Positions 27,625 to 41,417 of a stretch of 64,000 nt of DNA are shown here, piece after piece. Below the pieces are notes generated by a model. The model did no database searches and was not told the DNA's origin. It saw nothing but the letters and a program-made list of their open reading frames with translations. Origin of the DNA: Trichosphaerium sp. ATCC 40318. Lineage: Eukaryota; Protista; Tubulinea. Made by a program: the position numbers and the translations under genes. Location: NCBI GenBank assembly GCA_038496445.1, contig JALMLS010000379.1:1-64000 (forward strand). The letters run 5' to 3'. Numbering within the stretch: the first letter of the stretch is position 1; the number at the start of each line of letters is the position of its first letter.

Positions 27625-30091
27625 CTAGGGTGCTTTTAGTTTTGGGTCCCTGACAGGATTAATCAGCTTGGCAAGTCCCTTTGGTTCATTTTGATGATGG
27701 TTCTCAACAATCGCTGCAAAAGCACCAACTTCGCTTACTAGTACTGTACGTTTAGCTGGGTCTTTTACTTCGAGAGCATGTTCTTTTGCATTTCTTTCCA
27801 TTTCACGTGCAAAATCAGTTTTAAGGATTGCTAATAATTTTAAATGATACTTACCAAACCATTTATACATATAGTGTGATCCATTCTAGATAAAACAATG
27901 TCAGTACAAGATTATGTTCCAAAGTGTTAACGTTTTGAGAAAAAAATAGGAAAAATTGTTTTGGTCCGTACTCTGATAAATGGTACAAGAATTGTTGCTG
28001 TAATTGGGTGTGGGTCCGTATTAACTACACGAGCTGCCCAAGTCCATAATCTGTGTATTGAATGAGGATGATTTCTGCCAAAATGTAAAACAGAAAAAGC
28101 TGTAAAAACAGCTATAGTCCCAGCCATTCTTTTCTTATACTTTAGAATAGTTTCGTTCTTTTTATACTTGAGATGCTTCATCTTAAAATCTTCTTCATCC
28201 ATGCCATCACTAAACCAAAAAAACAATGGGTCAGAACTAACACAAAGAAAAAAAGTTTTTTCGAAAGTACAAAAAAAAAAAAAAGAAAAAAGAAAAAAAG
28301 CGTTTGATGTCTGTCTATAAATGTACACTCATCAAACCATACTAGGTGTCTTTTTAGTTCTTTTTTTATCTCGTTTAACCAATTGATTTTTTTGGTGCGA
28401 AACGTTCTGGATTGTTTGGTCTAAAATAAAAAATCACAGACGTACGGTTTTATCGGATACAAAGGAACGGTGTAAGGACATATATCATAATAAGCACCCA
28501 TTAGAACCCTTCCAAATGCTTGAGCAAGTTTGTTTCCTGAAGCATTTTGTATTACTCCTTGATAAGTAAGTAAAGCAACTGCTGCATAAGCAAATGCAAA
28601 CTCAGGTTTTGCTGTTGTTTGTTGAGCACCCTTTCCAATAACACCGACACTAACTCTGTACATGATACATTTAATAAGCATAGCATCTTGTTTAGCGTCT
28701 AGTATAATATCTATTAACCTCTGAGCGGCAATTTTAACCTTATCAAGTTGTATATGAACAGTTGAAAGGATTGTAAGAATAGCGCCAAGAGCAGCTGTTC
28801 TACGTGGATCTTTTTGTTCTTTTAACTTATTCTCGGCTTCCAGGCACTTTGTGAATGAATGCGTGAATGCTCTGTAACTGCTTGCTGCCCCAGATGCAAG
28901 AGTTTTCTTTGAAAATATGTGAGATATTGTCATTGGACGATAAGTAATAAAAACTGCTTCGAGTCCGAATAATTAAAAAAAGCTAAAAACAATACAAATT
29001 TTTTATCAGAAAAATGTTCACTTACTTTCAATCGTTCTATGTCAGCTTTACTATTCAAGAGGTAAATATGGACGTATTAAATATATTAACATCTTACCGT
29101 TCCTTGTAAAAGTCTGTCACCGCTATTTTGTCCGATTTTCTACAAACTGCATTAGCAAAGAAAAACTGAAACAAAAAAATCATAAGTTTTTTGCATTGTC
29201 TTAATAAACTATACACCAAACATTATAATATGCTTAGTATAGTATACTATAATATACAGTGTACGTATTAACATATGAAATTGGATAGTACAAATCGTTA
29301 AAACTGAACGACATTTTCAACGAAAAAAAATTCTGCGTTCCAAAAAAAAGATGTACATTTTTTCAGCTGCCTCTTTTGCTTTTCTTTCTTGTTCTGTATG
29401 TTGCGCAAGCTGTTGCTGTTTTATCCGATCTTCGATAGCTTTCTTTTCATCCACTGCCTTTTGTATCTCTTCTTGTTTAATGGCTTTAATCCTCGCCGTT
29501 TCCTCTTTCTAATTTTTTGAAGAAAATAAATTAGTTCAAAGTCTTTCTACAAGCCGCTCAAAGTGGCATAGAAATACATAGATGAAGTTGGTTTAACAAG
29601 TGTAATCTCTTGTTATGCGTCATTCTACCACGCTTATTTTCAAAGCATGATTTCACATGTCAAATGAGATAAGGTGCGTACTTCAAACTCTTCATAAAAT
29701 TTGAAAACGGAGCTTAAACTTTGTTGGGTCTTTTGTTTTATAATTTGCGATATTTCTGTATGTACAGGTCAGTTTCTAACGGTAGGAGGTTATTCGTACG
29801 TGTTTCTTGAACTTTGTTAAGTTCGTGAATGTCAGTATGCGGTTTGCCTATCGGATTTTCACGAGCCCACACCTATACAAGGGTTATTCTTCGATTCTTA
29901 GGCGTTTCTTTTTGGTTTCGTACGCGCTCTTCTAATTTTATGTTTTTGAGCTCCCTAGCTGCTCTTTCACGCGCAGTAGCTTCAAAACGGTCCTTATTAC
30001 AAAATTTAGCGCCAAATGTTTCAGAAACTGCCATACTTGTTCCCGCACGCTTGCGTTCACGCTCATCATCGCGGCCGTATAATTTGACCAC
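27625..30091 (-). CDS. GLE1: mRNA export factor/nucleoporin GLE1-like; last exon uncertain
   Basis: Charged coiled-coil N-half; AFAYAAV, CPYTVP, KRMAG, LWTWAARVVN motifs of the GLE1 domain. Confidence 0.75.
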
Positions 30092-30517
30092 ACATCCATT
30101 TGATAATTATCTCAACCTCCTTTTTGCTTCCCAAAAGGGTTACAAAACTTACTTGAGCTACTGAATATCACTATGATTTGAAATTTTAACGGTATTGGCT
30201 TAAGACAAGAATAGTAGAATTCACGTAACCCAACAAGCGCACAAGCTATTTCCTACCGTCGCCCGTATAGACGCTATTGTATCAGCATCACAGAAAAGCC
30301 ACAAACTTAAGAACGCTCTGAGACTTTTTGTAAAACAGCGAGTTTTCAAAGTACATACAGAAAATAAACACGTCAGCACAGATGGAAGCTCTGTATTTGC
30401 AGTCCTACTATGCGCTATTACTACACAACCCTGCTTTTTCAATATTTCTAGGAGTTATCAAAGTACGCGTTTAGTGTACAAAATACAGTTCCTGTTCTTG
30501 CTAATCAATGGAAGGTT

Positions 30518-31406
30518 ATGGATACTACGTGTAAAATCACGAAACTAAGACGACGTGGGAACAACCCGCAATACACAGCAGTAAGCGCAGCGATTACTGT
30601 GCTCCTTCTAGTTATAGCTGGTTCGCGTTTACACAATTGTTTGTTTCAAACTGACGTATTGCAGCCAAAACAGCTCGTGAAGCTCTATTGATTGGCGGAA
30701 TGTTGTCATGGGCTCAAAATAACTTGATTTTACCAATGACATTTGGCGTAAGGTATGACGCAATTTCGGAATACGCTTTTCGCGTACTTACTCTTTCACA
30801 ATAGTCTCCTGACGCACATGTTCTTACGGGACGTTTGTAACAATAGGCTTGTTCAGGTAACTTTCTTTAACTCCATTTCTAGCTAAAACCCCTCTGTAGG
30901 TGCTATTGACTGCACTTTGCACTTTAAAAAGCTCTGCAACGATGGTAACAGCATTCTACAAGGTCAGTTTGGCGTACTTTATCAAAACCTTTCTTTTGAC
31001 GTTTAAAACAGGCTCAGCAGATAGAAGCCGCATTAATTCCCTCCATTTGTACGTTGCATTATTCAAAAACTTCCGTTAACGGTATTTCAGTTATTGCAAC
31101 TATTTGGGGATGTTCTAGGCATCTAACACTTCGCATCCAAGACTTGACAATGTCAGTAAATCCTGGACCATGGAAATCTTCGTATGTTTTGCTTTTCTGC
31201 CTCATTCTTCTCACAGCTATTGTAGGAGCTTCTATGCATCGTGTACTGGTGCAATAGTATTAGGTATTGCCCATGCACTAAATGGAGTATCTAAAGAACA
31301 AGGTGTTGTGGTGTCATCAATTGTTTTTTGCACGGCTAAGTTTGTATTGTCGTGGCTTGAATTTCGAAACACGAAACCAAGCGAAGGAAAAAAGAAGACG
31401 GACTAA
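30518..31406 (+). CDS. Hypothetical multi-pass membrane protein
   Basis: In-frame GT-AG exon joins from ATG 30518; several hydrophobic segments; ends EGKKKTD. Confidence 0.5.
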
Positions 31407-31903
31407 ACCTTAACTGAACTAGAACATATGATAAAACAGATGTAATTACACAATGATCTGATCAGAGATGAACGGAGATCATAAACGACGAGAAAGAGAC
31501 TGAGCAAGAAGTACTTATACCAACAAAACAACTAATAAAAGGAGAATAAATGAGGATTTGACTACTGTGTCTGGAAAATGACGTACTGAATAGCATACAT
31601 AACAATGTGAAGAGTCCTTTGAGATACAACTTGGTATTGGGATTTGAACACCTTCATCACGTGTTTTCGCTGTTTCAGAGAAGGTTTGCCAACAAGAGAG
31701 TCCAGGCTGTAAGCAATCAAAAATAGATCCACGAAAGACGCAAGTCCTGCTTGGTGCCCTCCCTATAACGCGGTTGTAACCTCGCACAAAAAAAAAGAAA
31801 AACATGAAAATATTTTGTACTGCTTTTTGTTTTTCAATGAAAGTAAAAACCGAAAAAATAAGCTTACTAACCATAAAACGTACTAACAACACAAAATACA
31901 ACC

Positions 31904-33856
31904 ATGGCTGAACCACAATCAATACAAAAACAAGATCAGACAGCTACTGGTACGTTTAATCAAGTACGAGCTGTTTTAATCTGAAATCATGATAGAAGAG
32001 CTAAAAGACTTTTTACTTGCCACACACAAAGAATACGATGTGTTCCCGACAGCGGAAGTACCAACTGCTCATTTTTGCGCCTCTCTACATGCTCCAACAT
32101 TTGCCGAAGACGCCAGAGCTGACGTGGATATCTGCGCTGTAGTAGATAGAAGCGGTTCTATGGGCGTAAAGAAAATGAAGCTTGTTAAAGAAACGTTAAA
32201 CTTCGTTTCTACGCAACTAACCAAGGCTGATTCGTTTGGCGTCGTTAGTTTCGACACTGGCGTCAGAACAGACATGGAGCTTGTGAAAATGACTCCAAGC
32301 AATAAGGTATGCATTTTTACAACTACGGCTATCTTTAGCCGTTAACGCCAAAGTTAACGTTCAAATAAACTAAAATACATCACAACCAACTCGTTCCTTT
32401 AGACAACGCTCAAACGTAAAGTCAGCCAAATAAAGGCAGGGTCTAGTACAAATTTAAGCGGTGGCCTTTTTAAAGGCTTAGAGGAACTAAAAGGTACGTA
32501 TTACAAAGATCTTGAGACGCCAAAGAAAATGGTTTATTTATTTCCTCTTTTTAGCAACAAAAGTTCAAAACAAAGTACGAAGTGTTTGGCTTCTAACTGA
32601 TGGTCTTGCAAACCACGGTATCTCTAAATCGCCTGCACTTGTAAAAGCACTTAAAACAAAGCTCGAAGAGCAAATGAATGCTCAAGTATTCACGTTTGGT
32701 TATGGTGATGACCACGACGAAAAAATGTTGAGGTACGAAAGTAGTTTCACTGAAAATATCTTCTTGTCTTTTGCTGATTTCTGACTTTTCTTTCAAAATA
32801 GGGAACTCGCACAAGCTGCAAATGGAATGTACTACTATGTAGAGAATCCAGATGATATCGCATCAAGTTTTGCTGACTGTTTGGGCGGTTTATTATCTGT
32901 CTGCGCACAGAATATTAAAATGTCTATCATACCTGAGAATGGCTGTAAAGTCAAGAAAATAATGGGTAAAATCAAGGTACGAAATGATATTTTTTTTGCT
33001 CGCTGTGAGTGTAGCCAAGAAGTCAAAGTTATTTCGCTGAAACAAAAAAACATTGTTGAGGATGTTTTTCTTTGTTCTTATGTTTGTCTTTTAGACTGAA
33101 GTCAAAGACGGTGTACACACGCTAGACTTAGGAGATATGTATAGTGAAGAACGAAGGAACGTAGTAGCTCAATTTGAGCTTCCTGCTTGTGGCGAATCAG
33201 GTACGATAACACAATTTAAGAAAAATATTCTGTTTTTTTTTCAATTACATCAATTGACTGTTTTTGCAGAGGAGTTTGTTGTAGCCACATACAAAACCGA
33301 GTTCTTTAACGTTATGTCTTGTGTAAATGCTGTTATTGAACAAAAAGTTGTTATCAAGCGTAAGTCTGAGTTACCAAAGGAACAAACAAGAGATTACTTT
33401 ATGGATGTTCAAATCAACAGGTTTGTTTTTTCTTTTGTTGTGTTTGACTCTCGCTTACCCCTTTTAGAATCATATCATCTGATGCCATGGAAGAAGGTCA
33501 AGTCGTTGGAAAATCCGATCTCAAGAAAGCACAGGGCATAGTTGATGCAGCAATCAAATGTAAGTATAATTTTATACTACCTCTTTGGCTGGAAATGTTG
33601 TTGACTTACTTGTTTATTTATAGATGTCAAAGAATCGATTTCTGCTTCTGATGCGTTGTGTATTGAAATGATAGAAGATCTTGAAGAGATTCGTGCTGAT
33701 ATGAAAGACAGAGTAACGTATAAAAACAAAGCAAGCAAAAAGATGCAATCAAAGGCTATGAAGCATCGTAGAGAACGTGGGTGTGGTGATAGAGCAGGAA
33801 GAGGTGGTTATGCCATCTCAAAGAAAGCTGAATATCACGATAAGGCTAATCAATAA
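31904..33856 (+). CDS. von Willebrand factor A domain protein
   Basis: MIDAS motif VVDRSGSM, GSTNLSGGL, LLTDGLAN, TFGYG, FADCLGGLLSV and DMYSEERR. Confidence 0.88.
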
Positions 33857-34230
33857 AAGATTAAGGTGTAAAAATTAAAAAAAAATACCAACTAGTTAAC
33901 ATAAAGATAGTCGCGTTAAATAAAAAAAGAATCTTTACCATGATGAACATCCCTATCCCGTCATCTTGTTTTCTTTCAATAGATACACTGAGCTCTAAAT
34001 AAAGCTGCAAGAATAAAACGATCTTTATCATACTATTTTCAATGCCAAAACTGACACATTGTGGACCTTTTTTTTTTAATTCTGGCCTCGTTTTACACAT
34101 CGCGTGATTCTCCTGCCGTTGTTATTGTTGCCAAGCAGGAAACTTCCGACGTTGGATTCTGACTCACCATAGTCAAAATAACACGAATGGTATCTTTTTA
34201 ACGCTATTTATTGATACAAGCTGTATGGTA

Positions 34231-36790
34231 TTAGTGTTTACGATTAGTTTTGACAATGCCTGGCGTTGGTCCAACAACGTCAATCATAACGTTAAGCAAG
34301 CAAGGTTTCTTACAAGATAAGGCCTTTGGTAGCATCTCAGTTAAAGTTTCTGGAGTATGAGCAAAGAAACCCTAAATGATAAAGTTATCTCATATAATTC
34401 TCATTAATTTCTAGTTCGTACAACTCCACCAAAGCTCTCCATGATTTTCTCATATCTTGACTCCGGCATCAAAGCAGTTGCTGGTATTGTTTCTAAATCA
34501 TCTAAAGACTCCAGACCACTATAATTTAGTCAGTAAATAACACAAGTTTATGAACAAAAGTAGTGGCTGCCAACAAGTGTACCTATAAATACCATTGTTG
34601 TTAATGACAATAATTGTTATTGGAAGTTTGTATCGGCACATAACTTCTATTTCCATGCCTACAAAATGACTGTTTTAACAAACAAGCAAAGCGACAATAG
34701 TTTATTCTTACCACAGAACCCAAATGAAGAGTCTCCTTGTATACTCACTACCTTTCTATCAGGATGAGCAAAAGCAGCTGCAATGGAGTAGCCAAGACCT
34801 AGTTGAGAAGGTTACTAAAGAATTCGAATCGTTTGTAATGTATGGCGTACCTAGTCCCATTGTGGCCATTGTACCAGCGTCTAGACGGCTTCTAGGCGTA
34901 TAGTTTGGAATGACAACGCGACCAGTGATAAAGTTAAGGAGATTTAAATCAAGGAAGAAAAATTAAAGCTTTGAATGTTGGTGACATTAAAGGATATATG
35001 TCCATTGTGTTGGCACCCTCGTTTACTAGTATGACATCCCTTGGTAATTGTTTTCTTATTGTATCTAGCACATAATGGTATTTCATTGGTACACTAGAAT
35101 CAGCGCATTGTTTAGCTACACGTCCACGGTTTTGATCCCTCTTGGCAGCTACAAAAAAACGTTAGATACAAAATAGCCTTGGGTTGGGTCATACCGAGAG
35201 CTTTCCACCATTCGCCGTCTTTATCAAGTTTGACGATGTTGTCAGTTTTCTTATTTAATTGAGATATAATACTCGTTATATAACCGGGTAAATAAAGTGC
35301 TGAAGCCCTATTTGTTGACATTTCTTCTAAACTAATATCGATTTGAATAATTTTTACATCAGGGTTGAATCTTGGTGATTCTCCAAATCCAAACATCCAA
35401 TTCAATCTAGCTCCGGCTAATAGAATAACATCAGCTTCCCTTAAGGCAAGAGATCTAGCAGGACCCACTAAAATAATAAAATAAGGGAGATGGAGAGTCA
35501 GTATCGAAGAAGAGATAAAAACAAAAGTAATGTTGCTAACCAGAAAGAGGATGATCGTCAGGTATGAGACCTTTACCCATTGGTGAAGGTAAGAACGGCA
35601 TGTTTCTTGATTCGACAAATGTTGTCAACTCTTTTTCAGCTCTAATGGATATTATTATTAGCAAGTCTATTAGAAACGAAACATGTTACATACCTTGCAA
35701 AAGCAGCACCTTTGCCGAAGATTAGAAGAGGTTTTTTGGCGGATGAAAGGAGCTCCAAAGCCTATCGTTGTCTTATTTAATCATTGCAAACACAAGTACA
35801 CGATTTAGGTTACCTTTGAGATATCTGATTCTGAAGCAACTGGTTTGGGACAAGGAGGACATTTATCTAAAATTTTAATTCCATCTTTGGGAGTTGAAAG
35901 AAGTGCATCTCTCTTGATTTTGTCTTAGAACCGATAACATTTAAATATAACAGTAAAATACGTACTGTAATTTCTATATAAGAACCTCCAGGTCTTCCAT
36001 AGGTTGCTATTAAAATGTTACAAGACCGTTAAAAACAACGATAATGTTAACGTTTTCGCTGAATTCATACCTTTGCGAACAGCTTGCTCAATATAGTATG
36101 GTGCGTGGTTGATATCTGTAATGCGCATAGCATACTTGCAATAAGGTCTAGAGCCTTCTATTTGGTTTGCCTCCTATACAAAGGCAATAGTATTAAAATC
36201 CATTGTAAACAAGTCATTCAAAAATCTCAAGCAATGTCATTTCATGTACGTACTTGAAAAGCTCCTGCGTTTACTCTATGAGAACTACATGCTGCACTTA
36301 TAAGCAGCATTGGCCAGCAATTAGCAGTAGCGTTGTATAACCCAGGAAGAGCGTGGAGCATGCCTAACAAGTTTAGTATTTAAAGTACATCAAACGGCTT
36401 TTTATATCTCTAAAGCACTATTCTACGCGTTTACCAAACGGTTGGTGCGTTGTTTGTTCAAATGTCAAAAAAAAAAATGTACCAGGTCCAGCAACTGTCA
36501 AACAACACGCTAAGGTTTCAGTGAGGTATCCCATTATGCTTGCTGCGTAACTTGCAGCCTTAGTTGTTAGCTATAGTACTCAAGTTTTAGAAATACACAC
36601 CTGTTCATTTCTCATTGCCACAAACGTTATATCTTCCTTCTGCATAGCGGCAGCAAGTGGAGTAACGGGTACACCAACGATTCCAAATACATATTTTACT
36701 CCTTGTGCTTTTAAGCTCTACAATCTCTGTCAGGCTTTGAAAGAGCTTAATGCCGCGAAGTACCTTAGAAATAAGCGTAAAAGAGTCCAT
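34231..36790 (-). CDS. HACL1: 2-hydroxyacyl-CoA lyase / oxalyl-CoA decarboxylase family (TPP enzyme); exact C-terminus uncertain
   Basis: [73 protein letters not shown]...NNNG. Confidence 0.92.
34925..34997 (-). other. U12-type AT-AC intron in HACL1
   Basis: Minus strand reads ATATCCTTT...TCCTTAAC-TTTATC-AC. Removal restores the conserved EGANTMDI|GR. Confidence 0.92.
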
Positions 36791-36875
36791 TGTGCAATAG
36801 TACAACAACTTTTCTGAGAGAGCGTTAAGTCACTTGGGAAATGTAAGTTGGTTGAGTACAAAAATTAGCATCACG

Positions 36876-38149
36876 ATGAAGGTCACACTTTGCTTGCTTG
36901 TTTTAGTTGTTTGCGTTGCAGCAAAAGACTGCCCGTTCTCTGAGGGTTGTCCATTTTCCAGCGGTCGTACGCTGGTGAGATTATTACTGAATGCTAACTG
37001 TGTTTTAGAGGCCGAAAGCGCTAAAGAGGGTTGTCCATTCTCTGAGGGTTGCCCATTCTCTTCATCGCCTGGAAAAGTGTACCAAACTGTTGGCGCTAGA
37101 ATTGGGTGCGTGACAAGGCTAAAATATCAAACCTAACCCATAAAAATAGCTACCCAGCACCTGCATGGACTGCCGAAGCCGTTCAAGACGGTAAATTCGT
37201 TGAGTTATCCAACGCAGACTTCTTAGGTAAGCGAAAAGTTTTTTATTTATCAACCAACTCATACGTAATCAAGGTAAATGGCTCGTACTCTTCTTCTACC
37301 CTCTCGACTTCACGTACGCAAGTTTTTCACGTTCACAGGCTTATAAACCACTATTATTTCCCGAAACTGCGTTGAAATACTCATGAGGTTATAGATTCGT
37401 ATGCCCAACCGAATTGATTGCGTTCAGCGACAGAATTGATGATTTCCGTGCAAAAGGCGTTGAAGTAGTCGCCGCTTCCGTAGACAGCAAATTGTGCGTT
37501 GTTTTAAAGAGATTACAACGCTCCTAATTTACATCTTTAAAGCACCCATTTGGCTTGGATCAACACTCCTCGTATCAAAGGTGGATTAGGCTCCCTCAAA
37601 ATCCCTCTTGTTGAAGATATCACAAGAGATATGGCAAAATCTTACGGTACAATTTTTTTAGAGCATTTTTTTTTCTTTTTTTGTATTATTGCCTCTACTT
37701 TGTCCGTAATTATGAAAATGATGTACTCACTATAATAGGCGCTCTTTACAGAGACAGTGGTCATACCCTCCGCGCTCTTTTCATCATTGGTACGTAATAA
37801 GAAACTTTTTATGGATTTTTTTTTGCCACGTGTCACATTTCTAATTATTGTATTAACTGCTTGCTAGATCCTGAAGGTATTGTACGCCAAGTCACCATGA
37901 ACGATCCGCCAATTGGTAGAAGCGTAGACGAAACTATTAGGTACTATCCGATCACCACTCTTGACAAAAAAATAAACTTTTGTTTTTGGAAATATCTCGA
38001 GTTTTTTTTAACATTAGTAAAGGCTTGTCACCGCGCTCCAATTCACTGACGAACACGGAGAAGTATGCCCAGCTGACTGGAAACCAGGTGATCCAACTAT
38101 CAAGCCTGATCCAATCAAGAAGTTCGAATACTTCAGCGAGCACGCATAA
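36876..38149 (+). CDS. Secretory-pathway typical 2-Cys peroxiredoxin (Prx4-like)
   Basis: Signal peptide; [31 protein letters not shown] and the C-terminal YF motif. Confidence 0.92.
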
Positions 38150-38290
38150 GTCCCATAGAAACCAAACCAAAAAGAAATCAAGAACAAAATAAATCGATTT
38201 CGATAAGAAATAAAATATGCTTGTTTGACAAAAGGTTCTTTTATTTGACAAGACTTATCACTGAGAGAAAGGGCAATCGCTTGTTGAATT

Positions 38291-39105
38291 TTATTGCTTC
38301 TTAGGGAAGGTTATTACGCCTACAACGTGAAGATTTTCTACGTCTAAACTCTCTAGGATCGAAGCAGCGATAGTACCACGCCATCTTGATAAAAAGTCAG
38401 CTAACAAACTGATATCGCTGGAGGTACTCATAGAAAAATTATAACCGTACCCTGTCCTACAATGAATGAAAACCTTATTCGGTTTAACGGCTTTTAGTTC
38501 GTTAATTTTTTCTTTCAATTGTGGTAATGGAATGTGAGTAGAGCCAGGCAAACGCTCAGTGTTGAACTCTTTTTCCATTCTGATATCAAGTAGTACATCT
38601 TGAGCTCCTAGAATGACTTCTTCCTGAGTAACGAAAGGGAAGGATGATGTAGCATCTGTCCAAGCAGTTATACCGCCTTTAAGAAAGCCTATACAGCATT
38701 AACAAGGTAACAAAGAAAATAAAACTTGACGAAAAGTTTTGCTCACCTTTGACACATTTTTCAGCACCAATCTTAGTTAGAGCTTCAAGAGACTCTTTCT
38801 CTTTCCCTTCCTTGGAAACGATAACGTATGAGGCTGAAGTGTCGACTACTTTAGGTGCCCAAGGGATGAACTTCTCATGTAGTTCGACGCATAAGCTGTT
38901 AGGTATGTGGCTTGCTGCAAAGTCTCTTGGTGATCTTGATAAATGTTAGATTGGAAAGATAAGGAATGTTTTGTTATTTGCATGCGTTTTGGAAGCGAAA
39001 GAGCCAGTTTTGCGAGTAGAATACGTACCTCATATCAAGAACTGTTGCGCCTTCTCCTACGAGTTTTTTAAGTTCTTCTACTGTTACGTATGATACTTGT
39101 GCCAT
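38291..39105 (-). CDS. Tandem rhodanese-domain protein
   Basis: LDMRSPRDFAASHIPNS, FLKGGITAW, LDIRMEKEF...HIPL and active loop HCRTG. Confidence 0.8.
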
Positions 39106-39560
39106 TGTGTTGATAGTTTGAGGTGTATTAAAATGATTTTTAAGCCAGTAAGCAATACGGAACTATAAACTCCGTACCTAATTCCGAAAATAGTCTGCAG
39201 CGCGTTTATTCAATGTGTAATTGGCGCTTACGAACTTTAGGTGGTTAAGTTGGCACATAATTGTGGAAAAACTAGTTTCCCCTAAGGCCTTTCATGGCAT
39301 ACCAAACAAAACTTTGCAATATCGTTAGGCACCACCAACAAATGTCTTTTGTGGCGCTTGTAGTTTCTTCAGTCTGTCACTGTTTGTATTTGATTTTATG
39401 GACCGCACGTGACAGGTTTTTAAAGTATGTTGTGGCATGCAGCAGTATTCGTTTGGAGCCTCTGTTTTAAAGTATTTAGCGGACTGGCGTTTGAAGCACA
39501 TGTGATTCACAACCGCTTGTGGTTAACGTTTCGTTGGTTTACTAGAAGGAGCATCAAATC

Positions 39561-41045
39561 ATGGCACAGGTGCGTAGTATTACCTCTTACTAGGTGTGTA
39601 GTAATAAAAGAATGCAGGATTCTACGCACTGGAAGGTAGAAGGTCCATCAACAGCTGGGCCTATGGAAATCATAAGATATAAGCTCATGGCAGAAGATGA
39701 TAGAGGTTATAGTAAAAATGTTACAGACCGCGTCGAAGCGAGCTTATCTGGCCCTACGACTGAACATGTACGTCTTCAATACAAAATAAGAGGCACTAGC
39801 GCTACAAACGTCTTTTCTAATCTTTGTTTTTTGACAATGTTACAGCTTATTCGTTCTTGTAGGCTAACGTACATAACCAAGGAAACGGGACTTTTGTTGT
39901 AGGTAAGGAGGAAAAAAAAACTACAAAACGAAAAATTCTGTAAATAATCGTCTGCTTTAGAAGCGCAACCACGCCAGAGAGGTGTTTATTCACTGGTAGT
40001 TACCGTTGATGGTAAAGAAGTATTTGGAAGAGGACGCTTAAACATTACTATCGGTGATGCACCAAGTACGAGAGGGTTTTTTTTTTTCTTCACACGTGAC
40101 TGAGAATTTTTTTTTTTTAATTTTAACTAGCGTCTACGAAACATATACATTTCAGCATGGAAGGACATGGTCTGGTATGGTTATTCTCTAAATAAGAGAG
40201 GGAAGACTTATTTTTTTTGTGCTTTAGGCCCAAGCACGTATTGGTAAATCGGTGTCTTTTACAATGGACGTACAAGGTGAGTTGCGTTTTATTTCTATTA
40301 CGAGATATTCTTAACTTGATTTTAGAGGGCGGTCGACCTTATGACGTTAATGAAAGCGAACTGTCAATCAACATTGGTTCTGGCGCAAGACAGTTCAGAG
40401 CTAATGTAATGAGAATTGGTTCTGGTAAATATAACGTTGAATACGTCCCTCAATTTGCAGGTAACTCCAGCGTTAGAAAGAAAAGAATATTAATACTGTA
40501 TAGGAACATACGACATTGATGTCATATATGATGGTAAAAGCGTATTGACGTCTCCAGGAAATGTTGTTTTCTCCGACTGTACGTCAATATTGTTTTGAGT
40601 ATTTAGATTTTTTTTGGCTTATTCTTTTCCTTGTTAGTTGCTAGTTCCAAATCATGCATCATGGACGCGCCATCCCGCGTTAACTCGAATTCCATGTCTC
40701 AATTTCTAGTACAAGCAAAGAACCAGCAAGGCCTAAATGTGAAAATTGGAGGTGACAAGTTCGAAGTAAACGTTCGTGGACCAAAGGAGGTACATTCAAT
40801 TTAAATTACTTTTTTTTTGATAACTTTCTTTCTAGCCTCGTTCCTTGGAGGTTAAAGATCATGGTACTGGTCAGTATACTGTATCTTTCTTGTTACCCGA
40901 AAGAGGTACTTTTTTTTCTGCAAGTTTTTTAGTCACGTGTTTCGTTTTATTAAGTTAACTTAATTTTTTAGGCGACTACACCTTTACTCTTAAAGTTGAT
41001 GGACGAACACTTGACCAAGGCACAAGAACTATTACCGCAGTATAA
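39561..41045 (+). CDS. Filamin/ABP120 Ig-repeat protein (no actin-binding domain seen)
   Basis: GKYNVEYVPQFAG, GGDKFEVNVRGP, VKDHGTGQYTVSF and GDYTFTL repeats. Confidence 0.8.
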
Positions 41046-41417
41046 GTACCTCGTTTCCGAAAATAAATTGTTTTTGCCTTCAGCTAGTCCTAAGATTGTA
41101 CCATTGCATTGATGTGTTGTGGAACGCACTAGAACCTGAAATTTCAAACAAGATACTCTGTGTTTGTATTTATGCTTTTTTTTCCCCTCGTGAATTTTCA
41201 TGACAGAGTGAAAAGTTTTTGTGACACTTTTTATGAATAGTACTTTTGATTTCCCTTGGTAATAACCAACTTGTCGATACGTTGTCCATCACAGCGCTCA
41301 AACATGGCGCTTTTTGAGGCGAAGCATTGAAGTGAATCTTAGGTACAAGTCTATGTCGGTAGTTTAAGTCAACTAACCGATTCTTGTGTTTCAAACTACT
41401 TGATTTAAACTTCAAGC

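Noticed and set aside
31515-31922. 135-aa minus-strand ORF and other antisense ORFs in the track
   Set aside because: No recognisable motifs; they overlap promoters or real genes on the opposite strand.
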